From Paraphysomonas bandaiensis (Eukaryota > Protista > Chrysophyceae), in the NCBI GenBank assembly GCA_965644295.1, contig CBFFRP010000324.1:186001-250000 (forward strand): a stretch of 64,000 bases of DNA, in the 5' to 3' direction. The position numbers and the translations under genes are program-made. Every line of letters begins with the position of its first letter. The first letter of the stretch is position 1. Shown one piece after another: positions 1 to 11,061 of this stretch. Below the pieces are notes generated by a model. The model was not told where the DNA came from, did not search any database, and worked only from the letters and a program-made list of their open reading frames with translations.

Positions 1-2250
1 ATTTTAAAGTTATGTATATGGTATATTCTATATATGAAAGTACAGTATAGAGCAGTACACAATTGTGTAACAACAACAATACTTCATAGCCAGTCAATAT
101 GTGTTAGCTATGTATGATTGGCCTAAAAATCTACACTACATATCCACATGCTGCTACTGTGCACACGAAGAGGTGAAGCTAATGCAGGCCTGGTCAGTGT
201 CGAAGTGCTATTTATTCCACACTTTTTGCTTTCGTTGACTGATGTTAAGCATGCGACTACATTCAGACGACTATAATTATATACTGCTCTTTGTAGCGCC
301 TGATTCCACGACACTCTAACTCTTATATGGTTGTAGTGTATATACCACAATCATATCCTCGTTTGAATGGAATGATGTCATCAGTACCCGAGTATCAATT
401 GAAGAAACCTTTAGACACGTATATGCTGATGAATAACTTCCTTTTGTTAATGGTTTACATAGAATTTTGTTAGCTGTGGAGTTGGTATATTCGGGATCCA
501 CTTCCTAGAAATCATGTTCCAAGAGAAATCCAGCGGAGGGGGTAGGGGTACTGCGACGGATTCTTAAAATAGAAGTCGAAAATTACTTGTTTTAGTAGTC
601 GTTTACATACTGTACGGACACAAATATGACGATCGTCCAAATTAAGGCTCCTGATCTTTACCACGAAACCCTCCTGACATCTCCACAGCACTCTACGCTG
701 TGCTTAAAATATTGTTATAATCACTATACTAATGAATGCGTAAATACTGATATCCCTGCAAATTATGTCGGAATTCACTAGAAAGACCTACCGGCGTCTG
801 TATCATCAATTCTATTTCACCACACTTGCATGTTACTTTTTCACTATTTCACATACAACGAGAGCCCCACTCCATATCCATAAAATTTCTCAACGACTAC
901 GTAATGTTCATCACACCCATGGAACTTTTAAAGGTCTATACTAATTTGAAGTTAAACGTCAAGTGTTAGTATAAACGTATAAACTTCTTGTGTAGCTATG
1001 ATGTTTACATACATGTGAACGAGTGATATATGCATTGCTTATTGGGCATGGTTGGATTTTTTAAAGAGCAAATAACACTGAAGAGAGTAGAGGTCATTGA
1101 CACTGTAGAAATGAGTTGGTAGTTGCTTAGCCAATAGCCAGGTCATCTTACAACTGCTGAATGCTCCCATAGAGCCTAAACTCGATTCGTGAGTGCAATA
1201 ACATATTATACTGTCACAGAAATACAACAGCATATAGACTGTACACGAGCGCAGTTACCCAACATCTGCTGATTAGTATAATTACAACCACTTCTTCAAT
1301 TTCAGAACGAGTTGTAGCAAAGTACATCATATGCTTCGAATCAACTTCATAATGTTGGATCGAAATATAGTACCAGAGGACAATGCATAAAAAGAATAGG
1401 GAATAACAATTTAATTCGATATTTACGAGTACACGAGTAATAATGAATGTAGAAGTAGTGCAAACCACACCACTGGAACGAATAATTCGTAACACTAATA
1501 CGACGAGGTGCAATACGAAAGCGACAACTGATAAGTGGTACTATAATACTAAGTGTCATTATTCAAACTCCTGCAAAGTCTTAGTTGCTACCGTGACCAT
1601 ATCAAAAAAAGACGATAATGCTACTCGAAGAATTTTGACATCCGCTGCATAGAATTTTCTGAGTGAAAACCAAATTAAGAATACTCTACTTTCGTTCATT
1701 CAACTTACATTACTAATAGTGAGTCAGATATTATCAGCTCTTTACTGACTCGTTCAGGTTGTAGTTCATCGTCCACAGATAAACACTGCTGTACCATTCT
1801 CGCATGGGCTTCACTTTTGTATGCAATTTTTAGAGTTGCATTATATTCCCTCTGAGAGTCCATCTAAACGAGATAAAAAGACTTAACTTGCTAGGCCTGA
1901 GGCTAAAAGATGACTGAATGTGGATATATATCGGGTGGAAATGTACAGCAGTGGAGATTGTGAGGGATGTACAATGCATGAGCGTGAGTCCCATGCAATA
2001 TGCCCCTTGCTATCACTGTACTGCTGCAAACGATAGAGTATGCTACTTTTCCCTAAAACCCGGCTATTTTTGATTTCACAGATACAAAATACTCGAATAT
2101 GGCGTTTTCAATATTACGATACCATAAAATACAGTGAACAGATATAGAGTACTTCTATACAGCTATGCCATAGCTGTGAGTTGATAGAGAGAGTGGAACC
2201 ATCATAAACACAGCTCAAGAGACCATTAACTTGAGAGGATATCCTGTGTT

Positions 2251-3774
2251 ATGCAATCCAATGAATCCATTGAGCCCCCCTCGAAGAGAGGTAAAGTAGA
2301 GGATGCAGAATGTGTTAATATCACAGACACGAAAGCAGTTTGTGAGATTAAGTTTTCGAATGGATATCGTGAAAGAGGAAAAGATTTTAAATTATTTGAA
2401 GTTCCAAAAGAATTTGCAGAAGAGTTTAATGGTAGCAGTTGTCGTGTCGTTGGTGACGACACTAATGATGCAGTCCTCTGCTCATCTCGCAAGACATATG
2501 CAATAAAGCAGGTCGAAACTTCCAATAGCGGTAACTGTGTATAAGCGTCTTGATTGTGTTCATTGTTTCTTTTAGTATTCTTAGTACCGCCGAGCGCAAC
2601 GAATAGCTTCGAGGTGCATTCATTGCATGGATTATACTATGAGGTGCAGCTATGCTTTTATATCGACTAAATAATGACATCACTACAGGTCGTCCCAACT
2701 CCGCCACGACTAGAAAAACTGGAACAGTGGTTGAAATCAACTGCATATACTGGGAAAAGTGTGGATGAGGAAAGTACTTATGTGAAATCGAACTTAGTGA
2801 AAATGTCTGATATAAGAAACCGTATCCAAGCGAGCGATGCTGAACTGGATGACGCTTTACGCAGCATGGGCGCTTCTGAAATTGACGGTACAAGAGTGTT
2901 ATGTAACATAGTTTACAGCTTCGCTAGGCACTGTTAACTATCATGTTATATGATGCAGGATATGTGCGCGTTGTGGATAAACAGGCATTACAAGATGTTG
3001 TCGGCCAGATACTTGACACAGTGATGGAGCAGCGCTGGAGCCTTGATAACATAACAGTTCAGGCTTGTCTAGAGCAAATGTCAGGGGTGGACGAGCGTAT
3101 TCTTGTTCATGCCTTGCGTTGTCTTTCGGGCAAGAGATATGATCAAGAAGATCCGATAAAGTGGCAGCTAGATCACAAACAGGTCGCTCGAAGTGTGGCA
3201 CAGAAGCTTTTCCGCACACGACTGGCTGAGACAGGGAGTGTGAGTAGCACCTATATACCTCTTTATTAATTGTGATTCTACTTGTTTATAAGAATCGATG
3301 GGACGTAACCGATTTTCACCTGAACTGGGCAGTGCATATGCCTATATCCTCAGACAGTGGTAGCTCTGCCTGCTCCAGTCCATCAGAAGAGTATCTACAG
3401 GTTGCTCTACGTTTAAGCAACCACACACGAACTTATATGCTTTGAAAACAGGGAATTGCTATCAAAGAGAGTGTTGAGGAGGTTGGAAACGTCAAAGGGG
3501 ATGCTCCTCGAGCTGTGTATTTGTTTTTACCTATCGATGATATGTCGTCATCCCCGCAGGTTGACCCAAGGACATCAGTTAAACTCGTTCTAAAGTAATG
3601 TTGATATAGGCGAGATTTCGGCAGCTTTTCAATGCAAAATCAAGATATTCATTGGAGGAGATTGAACCGTATTTAACGGACTTGTATGGGAAAAGTGGTC
3701 AACCTAAGTCATGTGCAGAGTTGCTGCTAGCACACGCTAACCTCATTGACGGATACTATGTCCCGAAATTGTAG
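2251..3774 (+). CDS. DCC1: Sister chromatid cohesion protein DCC1 (about 7 exons)
   Basis: N-terminal DAVLCSSRKTYAIKQVETSNS and C-terminal LPIDDMSSSPQARFRQLFNAKSRYSLEEIEPYLTDL match the Dcc1 pattern. Exons are joined by short GT-AG introns (e.g. 2531-2575, 2644-2688). TAG at 3772-3774. Confidence 0.85.
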
Positions 3775-4066
3775 ATTATTTTCCCGTATATATACTAGCA
3801 TCATAGAGGTTAGGCGTATGCTATGTGCTATTGAATTAGTTGGTCAGTGTTTAGATCTGTTAGTAACGTACCTTGCCTAATATCAATTATCTGATTTGGT
3901 GGCGAACCGCGACGTCGTATTGTAGTTTTGCGTGCAAATGCTAGAGTTGAATTGGTATAATGTGTGACGCAACCACCTTGTATATTGAATATAGCCGGGT
4001 TTTGTTGCACATGCTGTAGCAATAGCACTTGTGACAACATGGTTTATTGCTTGTCTGAGTAACATG

Positions 4067-4213
4067 GGGAAATATTATTCAACCTAGTCGATTTCGTTGA
4101 AATACCTAGTCACACGAATATTATCAATGTAAAGTGTAATAAGTTATTCAACTTAGCGTATTTTAATTATAAACCTAGTCATATATTGTGCTCGCATTTC
4201 GCTTCGCATTACA
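4067..4213 (+). mobile_element. Solo left end of the Mutator-like family seen at 7752-8512
   Basis: gggaaatattattcaacctagtc ... aaacctagtcatatattgtgctcgcat aligns with 7752-7884 and has repeated ACCTAGTC motifs. No matching right end found. Confidence 0.7.
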
Positions 4214-5726
4214 AAATAATGAAGTCGCGGAGCAAGTAAACTAGAACCAAGAGCCAATGCAGCGTAGACAAGTTCAAAACGAAGTTAGATGATATAGCAG
4301 CGTCCACAAATTTAGTAGGAACAAATGACAAATGACACTATCTAGTTTAGTAGGAACGCCTGTGAAATTTATTAGGGACGTAGAGCCTTTGTTCTCTCAG
4401 CACAGTCTTCACGTAAGTTCTCTTTGATAGCGTCATGAAACTTTCTATCTAGGGGCTACTAGAATCCCTTATGCTTGTATCAATTAAAATGTACCAATAT
4501 GACAACAACCGCGCTATATCCTACTGAAGTTGGGAGACATAGGTTTACATTGACTCACTCTCAGAAGCTGATAGAAAGCTCGTTGAAGTGATACACTAGT
4601 TTTTCAAATAAATCTTGAGTGGATAATTACAAGTACCCCATTTCTAGTAAAGTGGAACATGGTTTCCGCAGGGACTGCTCGCAGAACTTCCAGAATACTT
4701 ACTGATGCAAACACAATGCTTTCCGCTCTGTGTCTGCAAATGTTTATTGAAGTAAGCATACAGGTTCTCGGGATGGTGGTAATCGCCGCTGCCTTCAGAG
4801 AATCAGTTGTTTTACAAGTGATGTTGTCGTATTGCTTAGATCATGTGCAGTCACGTGTATATTATCAAGAGGTGCCACTGTACGTGTTGTTTCCTGCTCG
4901 ACCGCGGAAGTTTGAATTGTAATGCTAGTTGGGAGAATAGAGGTATACATATACTGGCTGCAATCAGAAAGACTCTGCCCCACATGGGAAAGTGCGAAGC
5001 TGTATGCGTAACTCATTGGATCAACTACGTCAAATTGTGATGAACTGCATCTTGAATCGTTATCAGAATCAGATGATATGATTATAGAGTTGTGAACAAT
5101 ATCCGTGACATCTCCCTCTCTTCTCCATCATATATCACTACACGGATATATATGTCGACATCTCCACACTCACTCACGATGATTCCAACTCCACACTCAA
5201 CACTCAACTCATAGAGAGGTCAGTTCAGATGAGTGTATCTACAGTATGTTTATACTGAAACAGAAAGTGACTGACGATATCTTGAAACTCCACATACATC
5301 TCCACTGATGTGATAGATGTGTGTGTATTGTGATGTTCCATTCATCTCTTAATAGTATAAGGAACGACCATATGAATATCTAGCTAGATATTAGATACAG
5401 TATTAGCTTCAAATATCCCAAAATATATGTAGAAATCCTAATATATAGATATTGTAAAACATTTTCTTCAAACTTTTTCATAAAACCATTCCTTTTTCAT
5501 GTAAATACTGCATTTCGTATTTTTAGATTTTCAAAATCTGGAAATCCCATCACAACAATTGACCCACAGTAAAAACCCATACTTGGTACTGCCATATACA
5601 GGCATACCATGCTAATATCGATATGTGTATATGTGTTAAGAGCAGGAGTATATACATATATAGATATATGAGTATGCGCAGAGGGCATTAAGAACTCATA
5701 GAGAAGTATATATAAGCCGTTATATT

Positions 5727-7256
5727 ATGGCTGATGCATTTACAAGACGTCAAAAACAATTACGCAAGAGCACCAATCCTTGCACAACAACAACCAGCAT
5801 TGTGAAAGGGTTTGTTATCCTGATATTGTGTGTATGGATGGGGTTTATGGTGATGCATGTTATATCATTGAATCAACCATCAAAAGTAGATCATACAGGC
5901 ACGGTAGCAGTAGCCACTTCATACACGAATGATCCGATTACCGTGAAGTCCACTTCTCACTTAAGAGCCACTCGAAATGATATTCCATTTGAGGAAACTG
6001 ACGACTCGTACCATATCGTATTCTCAACAGGATGTTCTGAGTTCCAGGACTGGCAATCTATAGGTGTGTACTCTTCTGCCGAGGCTGTAGGACAGAGGGG
6101 CATAATCACCAGAATTGCCAGTGGGTGCACACCTTCCCAAGAAGCCTCTCTTCGACACGCAATGTCACATTTGCCAAAGCGGTGCCGTATTCACTTTGCC
6201 CCAGATACAGATGTTAAGGACCACAATGGCCATTTCTATAAATATGCTAATAAACCCCTTGGAATGATGCACTGGCTACAACATGCAGAGCCTAAGATAC
6301 CCCCAGAAGCTACAGTTGCGCTTGTGGATCCGGATTTCTTTTTCTTGCGGCCACTATGGCATGATTCCTTCGATTCTCCTGACAAATACATTGCTACAGG
6401 CCGTGCTAAGAAGACCCCCATGCCTAGGGACCCTGTTACTGGTAAGGTACGTGTAACGAAAGGCTCCATGATCGCTCAGCGATATGGCATTGGTGGAAAG
6501 CCGTGGACGAAAGCTCCCGGTAAGAACGGACAAAAGGCATGGGCATTAGATGAATACTTTTCAAGCATCGGCCGTTCGAACTCTCCTGCTCTTGCTCCTG
6601 ACCTGCTTGGACATGAGGACAGGGCTGGGGACTTCTACTCCATTGGGGCACCCTATATTGCGCTTGCCTCAGACTGGCTGCCGATCGCCACGAATTGGAC
6701 GGCACTTATGTATATGGCAGTTGAGAGAAACTTTGGAAATCTTGCAGAGATGTATGCTATGGTTATTGCTGTGGCCGATTACGGTATTCGACCCACTATG
6801 ATTGACTCGATGATGGTGTCCAATGTTGGCGCCGGAGATGAGGGTTGGCCGTGGATAGATGCCTTGCCGATGGACCGCGGATGTGACCCAAGCTTACTTA
6901 CGGACATGAGCACCCCGCTCCCGACGTTTTTACACTATTGTCAAACCTATCGTCACCCAGACCTTACAGCTAGCCATAGCCCAGGATCGTTGTTTTCGAA
7001 GTACCAGGTGCCAGCGGATATTCTCACTTGTCCAGAGGGAAGTGAAACTGTGGAGGGAGGGAAACGCAAGAGCAAGCCGACGAAAATGACACTAGACTCG
7101 AATGGATTTCTTCCGGAACCAGATATACATACTGTTGCCAAGACTAGAGATGATCTTCGACATACTTTCTCACATTGCTTTGCCACCCGTGGCACGAATC
7201 GTGCTGCCCGTGACTACAGGCGCTGGTTTTGCTCTGAAAAACGGAACTCTTCTTAA
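5727..7256 (+). CDS. Peptidyl-serine alpha-galactosyltransferase / hydroxyproline arabinosyltransferase-like type II membrane glycosyltransferase
   Basis: Intronless 509 aa. N-terminal TM helix, then YHIVFSTGCSEFQDWQ, ITRIASGC, YANKPLGMMHWL, a DPD (DxD) motif, GAPYI and AEMYA, as in the SGT1/HPAT families. Confidence 0.8.
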   Translation: MADAFTRRQKQLRKSTNPCTTTTSIVKGFVILILCVWMGFMVMHVISLNQPSKVDHTGTVAVATSYTNDPITVKSTSHLRATRNDIPFEETDDSYHIVFSTGCSEFQDWQSIGVYSSAEAVGQRGIITRIASGCTPSQEASLRHAMSHLPKRCRIHFAPDTDVKDHNGHFYKYANKPLGMMHWLQHAEPKIPPEATVALVDPDFFFLRPLWHDSFDSPDKYIATGRAKKTPMPRDPVTGKVRVTKGSMIAQRYGIGGKPWTKAPGKNGQKAWALDEYFSSIGRSNSPALAPDLLGHEDRAGDFYSIGAPYIALASDWLPIATNWTALMYMAVERNFGNLAEMYAMVIAVADYGIRPTMIDSMMVSNVGAGDEGWPWIDALPMDRGCDPSLLTDMSTPLPTFLHYCQTYRHPDLTASHSPGSLFSKYQVPADILTCPEGSETVEGGKRKSKPTKMTLDSNGFLPEPDIHTVAKTRDDLRHTFSHCFATRGTNRAARDYRRWFCSEKRNSS

Positions 7257-7705
7257 CCCAAGGAAAATATTAATTGATAGCATAGATGTTGCAGTTGTTT
7301 CAATATGCACCTCTAGTAACGAGATGTTACTGTTGCTGCATTAGACCAAAATGGATCGCCCTGATTCTACCGTTTCCCGGCAGTTGACGCAATTGTTTGT
7401 ATTATTGTTTCGACTATTTCGATTGTGTTATGTGAATAAACGAGAATAAAGTGTAATACCGTAATACATGAAATGTTGAGCATGAAAAATATTATTGTTT
7501 TCACAGCTGCGCTGATACATCTGACTACTTTTGAAAAAGAAGCGAAATTGCTAAATATGTGTGGATACTTGAATCAATTTTGTCAAGTAAAATTTAGGCT
7601 CGCAGTTTCGCATGTCAGAAAGAGGTTCACAAAACAGCAAGACTCTTTTATGTGGACACAGTACTATACAGTGATATACTGTTAACTTTACAAGATACGA
7701 TATAC

Positions 7706-8526
7706 CAGGGCTAGGAAACAGTATATTGCAATTCAATATATTGTCTCCTAGGGGATATATTATTCAACCTAGTCAATTTGGTGGACTTTCCTAGTCACTC
7801 CAAAATTGGTGTAATAACCTAGTCAAAGCCAATTATAGTAATAAACCTAGTCATGAATTGTACTCGCATATAGCTACGAATTACAGAAGCATGAGGTCAT
7901 AGAAGGTGAATTAAAATCAATACAACATAGATCACTGAGGCGAACACAAAGCTAAAGAGCAGTAATATAGTAAGATATAACAGCATGGGCAGGACTCCAT
8001 CGCTCTCTCCAATGCTCAAGTAGGATTTTGTACACCATTCTTTCTCAACACAATCTCCATAGATGTCCTTCAGTACCTGAATGGTATGTTCGTGGATTAC
8101 CGCGTGGTGCCGAACCACAGAAATAAAAAAATTCTTCGCTGGCAGTGTCGGTTTTCTGATGCTCCAGATGACATCCTTGCTCATCCGAAGATTGTGGGGT
8201 TCGATGCCCATGAAATGAATATTGCTGTGGAGCTACACCGAACTTGGTCATCAGAAACAGCCCAATTTGCATTCGACTGTGAAGACGAAGTGTGAGGCAT
8301 ATAGAATTTTAATTTATGGCTATAGTATGCTCCCCTGTTTGACTAGGTGAATACTCAATTCCACCTAGTCAACCTAGTCAACCTAGTCATTGTAAAGTTA
8401 AAAATCTAATTATTTAATGACTAGGTTTTTACACCTTTTGACTATGTTATTACACCAATTTTGGTGTGACTAGGAAATTCCACCAAATTGACTAGGTCGA
8501 AAAATACATCCCGTCTCCTAGCCCTG
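7706..8526. mobile_element. Miniature hAT-like element (51 bp once the nested insert is removed)
   Basis: Termini CAGGGCTAGGA...TCCTAGCCCTG are flanked by the perfect 8-bp duplication CGATATAC (7698-7705 and 8527-8534). Confidence 0.85.
7752..8512. mobile_element. Non-autonomous Mutator-like element (MULE) with about 75-bp TIRs
   Basis: TIR gggatatattattcaacctagtcaatttggtgga... is mirrored at 8437-8512. Perfect 9-bp duplication GTCTCCTAG at 7743-7751 and 8513-8521. About 12 (A)CCTAGTC motifs near the ends. Confidence 0.85.
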
Positions 8527-9287
8527 CGATATACTAACTTTAGAAGCAATACGTGCTTCTAATAATTTTGCGTTGTTAATATTTTTATATACTGGTGTGA
8601 CACACTCATTGGAAATAATGCATCTAAATTTTATATATCGTTATATATAAATCTCCAGTTTGCTTTTAAAATTGTAACCTAAAATACTTAAAACTCATAT
8701 TGAAATAGCCATTAAGATTAAAATGGGAAAACAACAGTACTACTTGCAGTACTAGTATAGTACTATACGTATATTGTAATTAGAAAAGTAGTAGATGAAA
8801 ATATCTGACCATCACTGAAACGGTGTCTGTTCAAGATCTAGAAAAGCTGCATGGTTTGACAAGGTGATTGATTATATGTAATACATTAAGTACGATATTT
8901 GCTAGCAGAAACCTCACAACACCAATATCTCGGCTATAATAATGGTATAATGGTTACTATCCCGAAATAACTTGGGTCAATGAGTTATGTATAGAAATAG
9001 GAAACACGCAGGTATAATATATACAACATTGCTATTCGACTTCTCTACCATATAAAATAGCAGCACAGACTTACCACAACATTAATCTTAGCACCTTGCT
9101 GAATGCACGAAGGTCTTACCGTAAAAAGTCTTGATGTTTTCAAGAAACAATCTCTTGTCGTGAAAGGTGTATTTAGTTTCTAGAATATAGATTCCCAATT
9201 TCAAGTTGCCAACTGCTTCCATAATATTAATTACGAAAAGAATATTAATTTTACAGCATAGTCTATCACAGGATTCTTTATCAGCAT

Positions 9288-9990
9288 TTAAATGGTGGGT
9301 ATCATTTCTTTACATTTAGCCTCATATTCCTCCGTAGACATATGACCACAGTCTAGAGCATCTCTCAATTGCGACACACGGTCGGAGAGACTGAGTGCAC
9401 TGATCGGACGACTGGTATTTGTAGGTGATAATACAGAACTCAATGATAGTTGTTCCATCGCAGAGTCCAAATATGTACGGCAACAAGGAGTGTATGAACA
9501 CTGCGAATGTTCCAACACTACAATGGGTTCTAAATGAACAAAAGATGTACCGCGAAGCACCACTGGCGTTAGACTGTGACGCTCTTTATCAACTATAATA
9601 TGTATAACTCCGATGCCTCCAACCATCATCAAAAATTTCACCAGGTTTTACATCAAAAGCCAGGTTTTGGTATTACCTCGACTTTTCGCTCGGGTGAACT
9701 GCTTCATCAATTGCGGATGCCTGACAAAAATTAACCACTAGAAGCTCGCGTAACTCTTGTTGCTGCTTGTAGGTCACGGCTTGCTCATTGACATGACTCT
9801 CAAGTTTGGCCTCCTCCGCCAATAGCGCGATATGCCAACTCGGTGTCCATTGGATGTTATAAGAATGTCCATGCGCCGGATAGTTCCTGCCACTTGACAA
9901 TTTCTGCTTTCTCCGACAATCCGCCACCCCTCGTCCGAACCACGGGACAGAAGAATACTGCAAAATTGGAAGTGGTACGCAAATACGCAT
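9288..9990 (-). pseudogene. Possible decayed gene ending in a SHOCT-like C-terminal motif
   Basis: Two adjacent ORF fragments. The second ends LSDRVSQLRDALDCGHMSTEEYEAKCKEMI, resembling SHOCT (L..L...G.IS.EEYE.KK). No clean gene model. Confidence 0.3.
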
Positions 9991-11061
9991 GGTCTACCAG
10001 ATGATATCTAAACTACTAGTCATAGCCATCCACCATAATAAAATTAATCGGGCGCGACAAGACATAACCAGGAGCAACGAAAAAGAAGTGTATGACTATG
10101 CTTACACTAAGTTGCTACACAACCTTTACGATGTCTATCCTAAAAGACCGGCTACAATAAATATAAATACAATAGCAAACAAAAAAAACAAGAAGGTAAA
10201 ATAACAATAAGCTCCCATGAATGTGAAAAAAGTAATAATAATACACCACATCAAACAGTATTATAAGCTGCACAATACCCATACACCTTACACTCTCACT
10301 ACTGTACTGCAATATATTCTGGCAGTACATTTCACCCTCTGGCGTGCTAGCCGATTTATTAAGTTTCTAAAACAACACATAGTGTTGTTACTTGAGCAAT
10401 TGCTGTCGCTGTTCACAGCTTGTGTTTAGTCAGTGCAAAGAAAATATCTCCGTCATTGGCCACACAGATGCCGTATAATGTGGACTCATATTGGTCATCA
10501 ATCACCCAAAGCTAACTCAATGAGCAAGCAAAATGTTGATATAGCTGATGTGGAACGGAAATGTATCGACTGTAAAAGGGAGTGATGATCTGAGATCGAA
10601 CGCAGAATCGCAGAATGACTGGTGGTTAGAATAACATGAAATTGGTGAATTAGTGAATAAAATAGTTTACATGTTTTTCATGAAAACACACAATTGTGTA
10701 TGCAATATAATAAAGAGTCTATCTAGTTTGATTAACGATCTTACTCGGGTTACCAGGCCCTGATTAAAATGACCATTAGTCAATACTATACGCCACTAAC
10801 AGCGTTACTTCCGTTCTTTTTCCTTGTTGCGCACCACGAACTCCTCGCAATTGCATTATGTCTGATATATCACCATAAAATGGAACCCAACAGCATTCAC
10901 AGCACCATATAACTAGTAATTCAATGGTGATTAAAAAACTGCTGTGATATATTACATTCATCCACGTGATTTACTGCACATAAACAACATACTCTGATGT
11001 AAACAATAATCTTTTGCTCCTAAAGCACGATACAAACAGATATGAATAATAACAAGTACGA

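Noticed and set aside
123-2200. Short ORFs and a weak similarity between about 1620-1665 and 45750-45800
   Set aside because: No recognisable motifs, and the similarity is too short and AT-rich to support.
4220-5100. Transposase remnant following the MULE-like end at 4067
   Set aside because: Minus-strand fragments look coding-like but show no DDE or zinc-finger motif that I can recognise.
8361-8390. ACCTAGTC repeats, or the 13-bp repeat at 24426, as a CRISPR-like array
   Set aside because: Units are too short, have no regular unique spacers and no cas genes; the former are transposon subterminal motifs.
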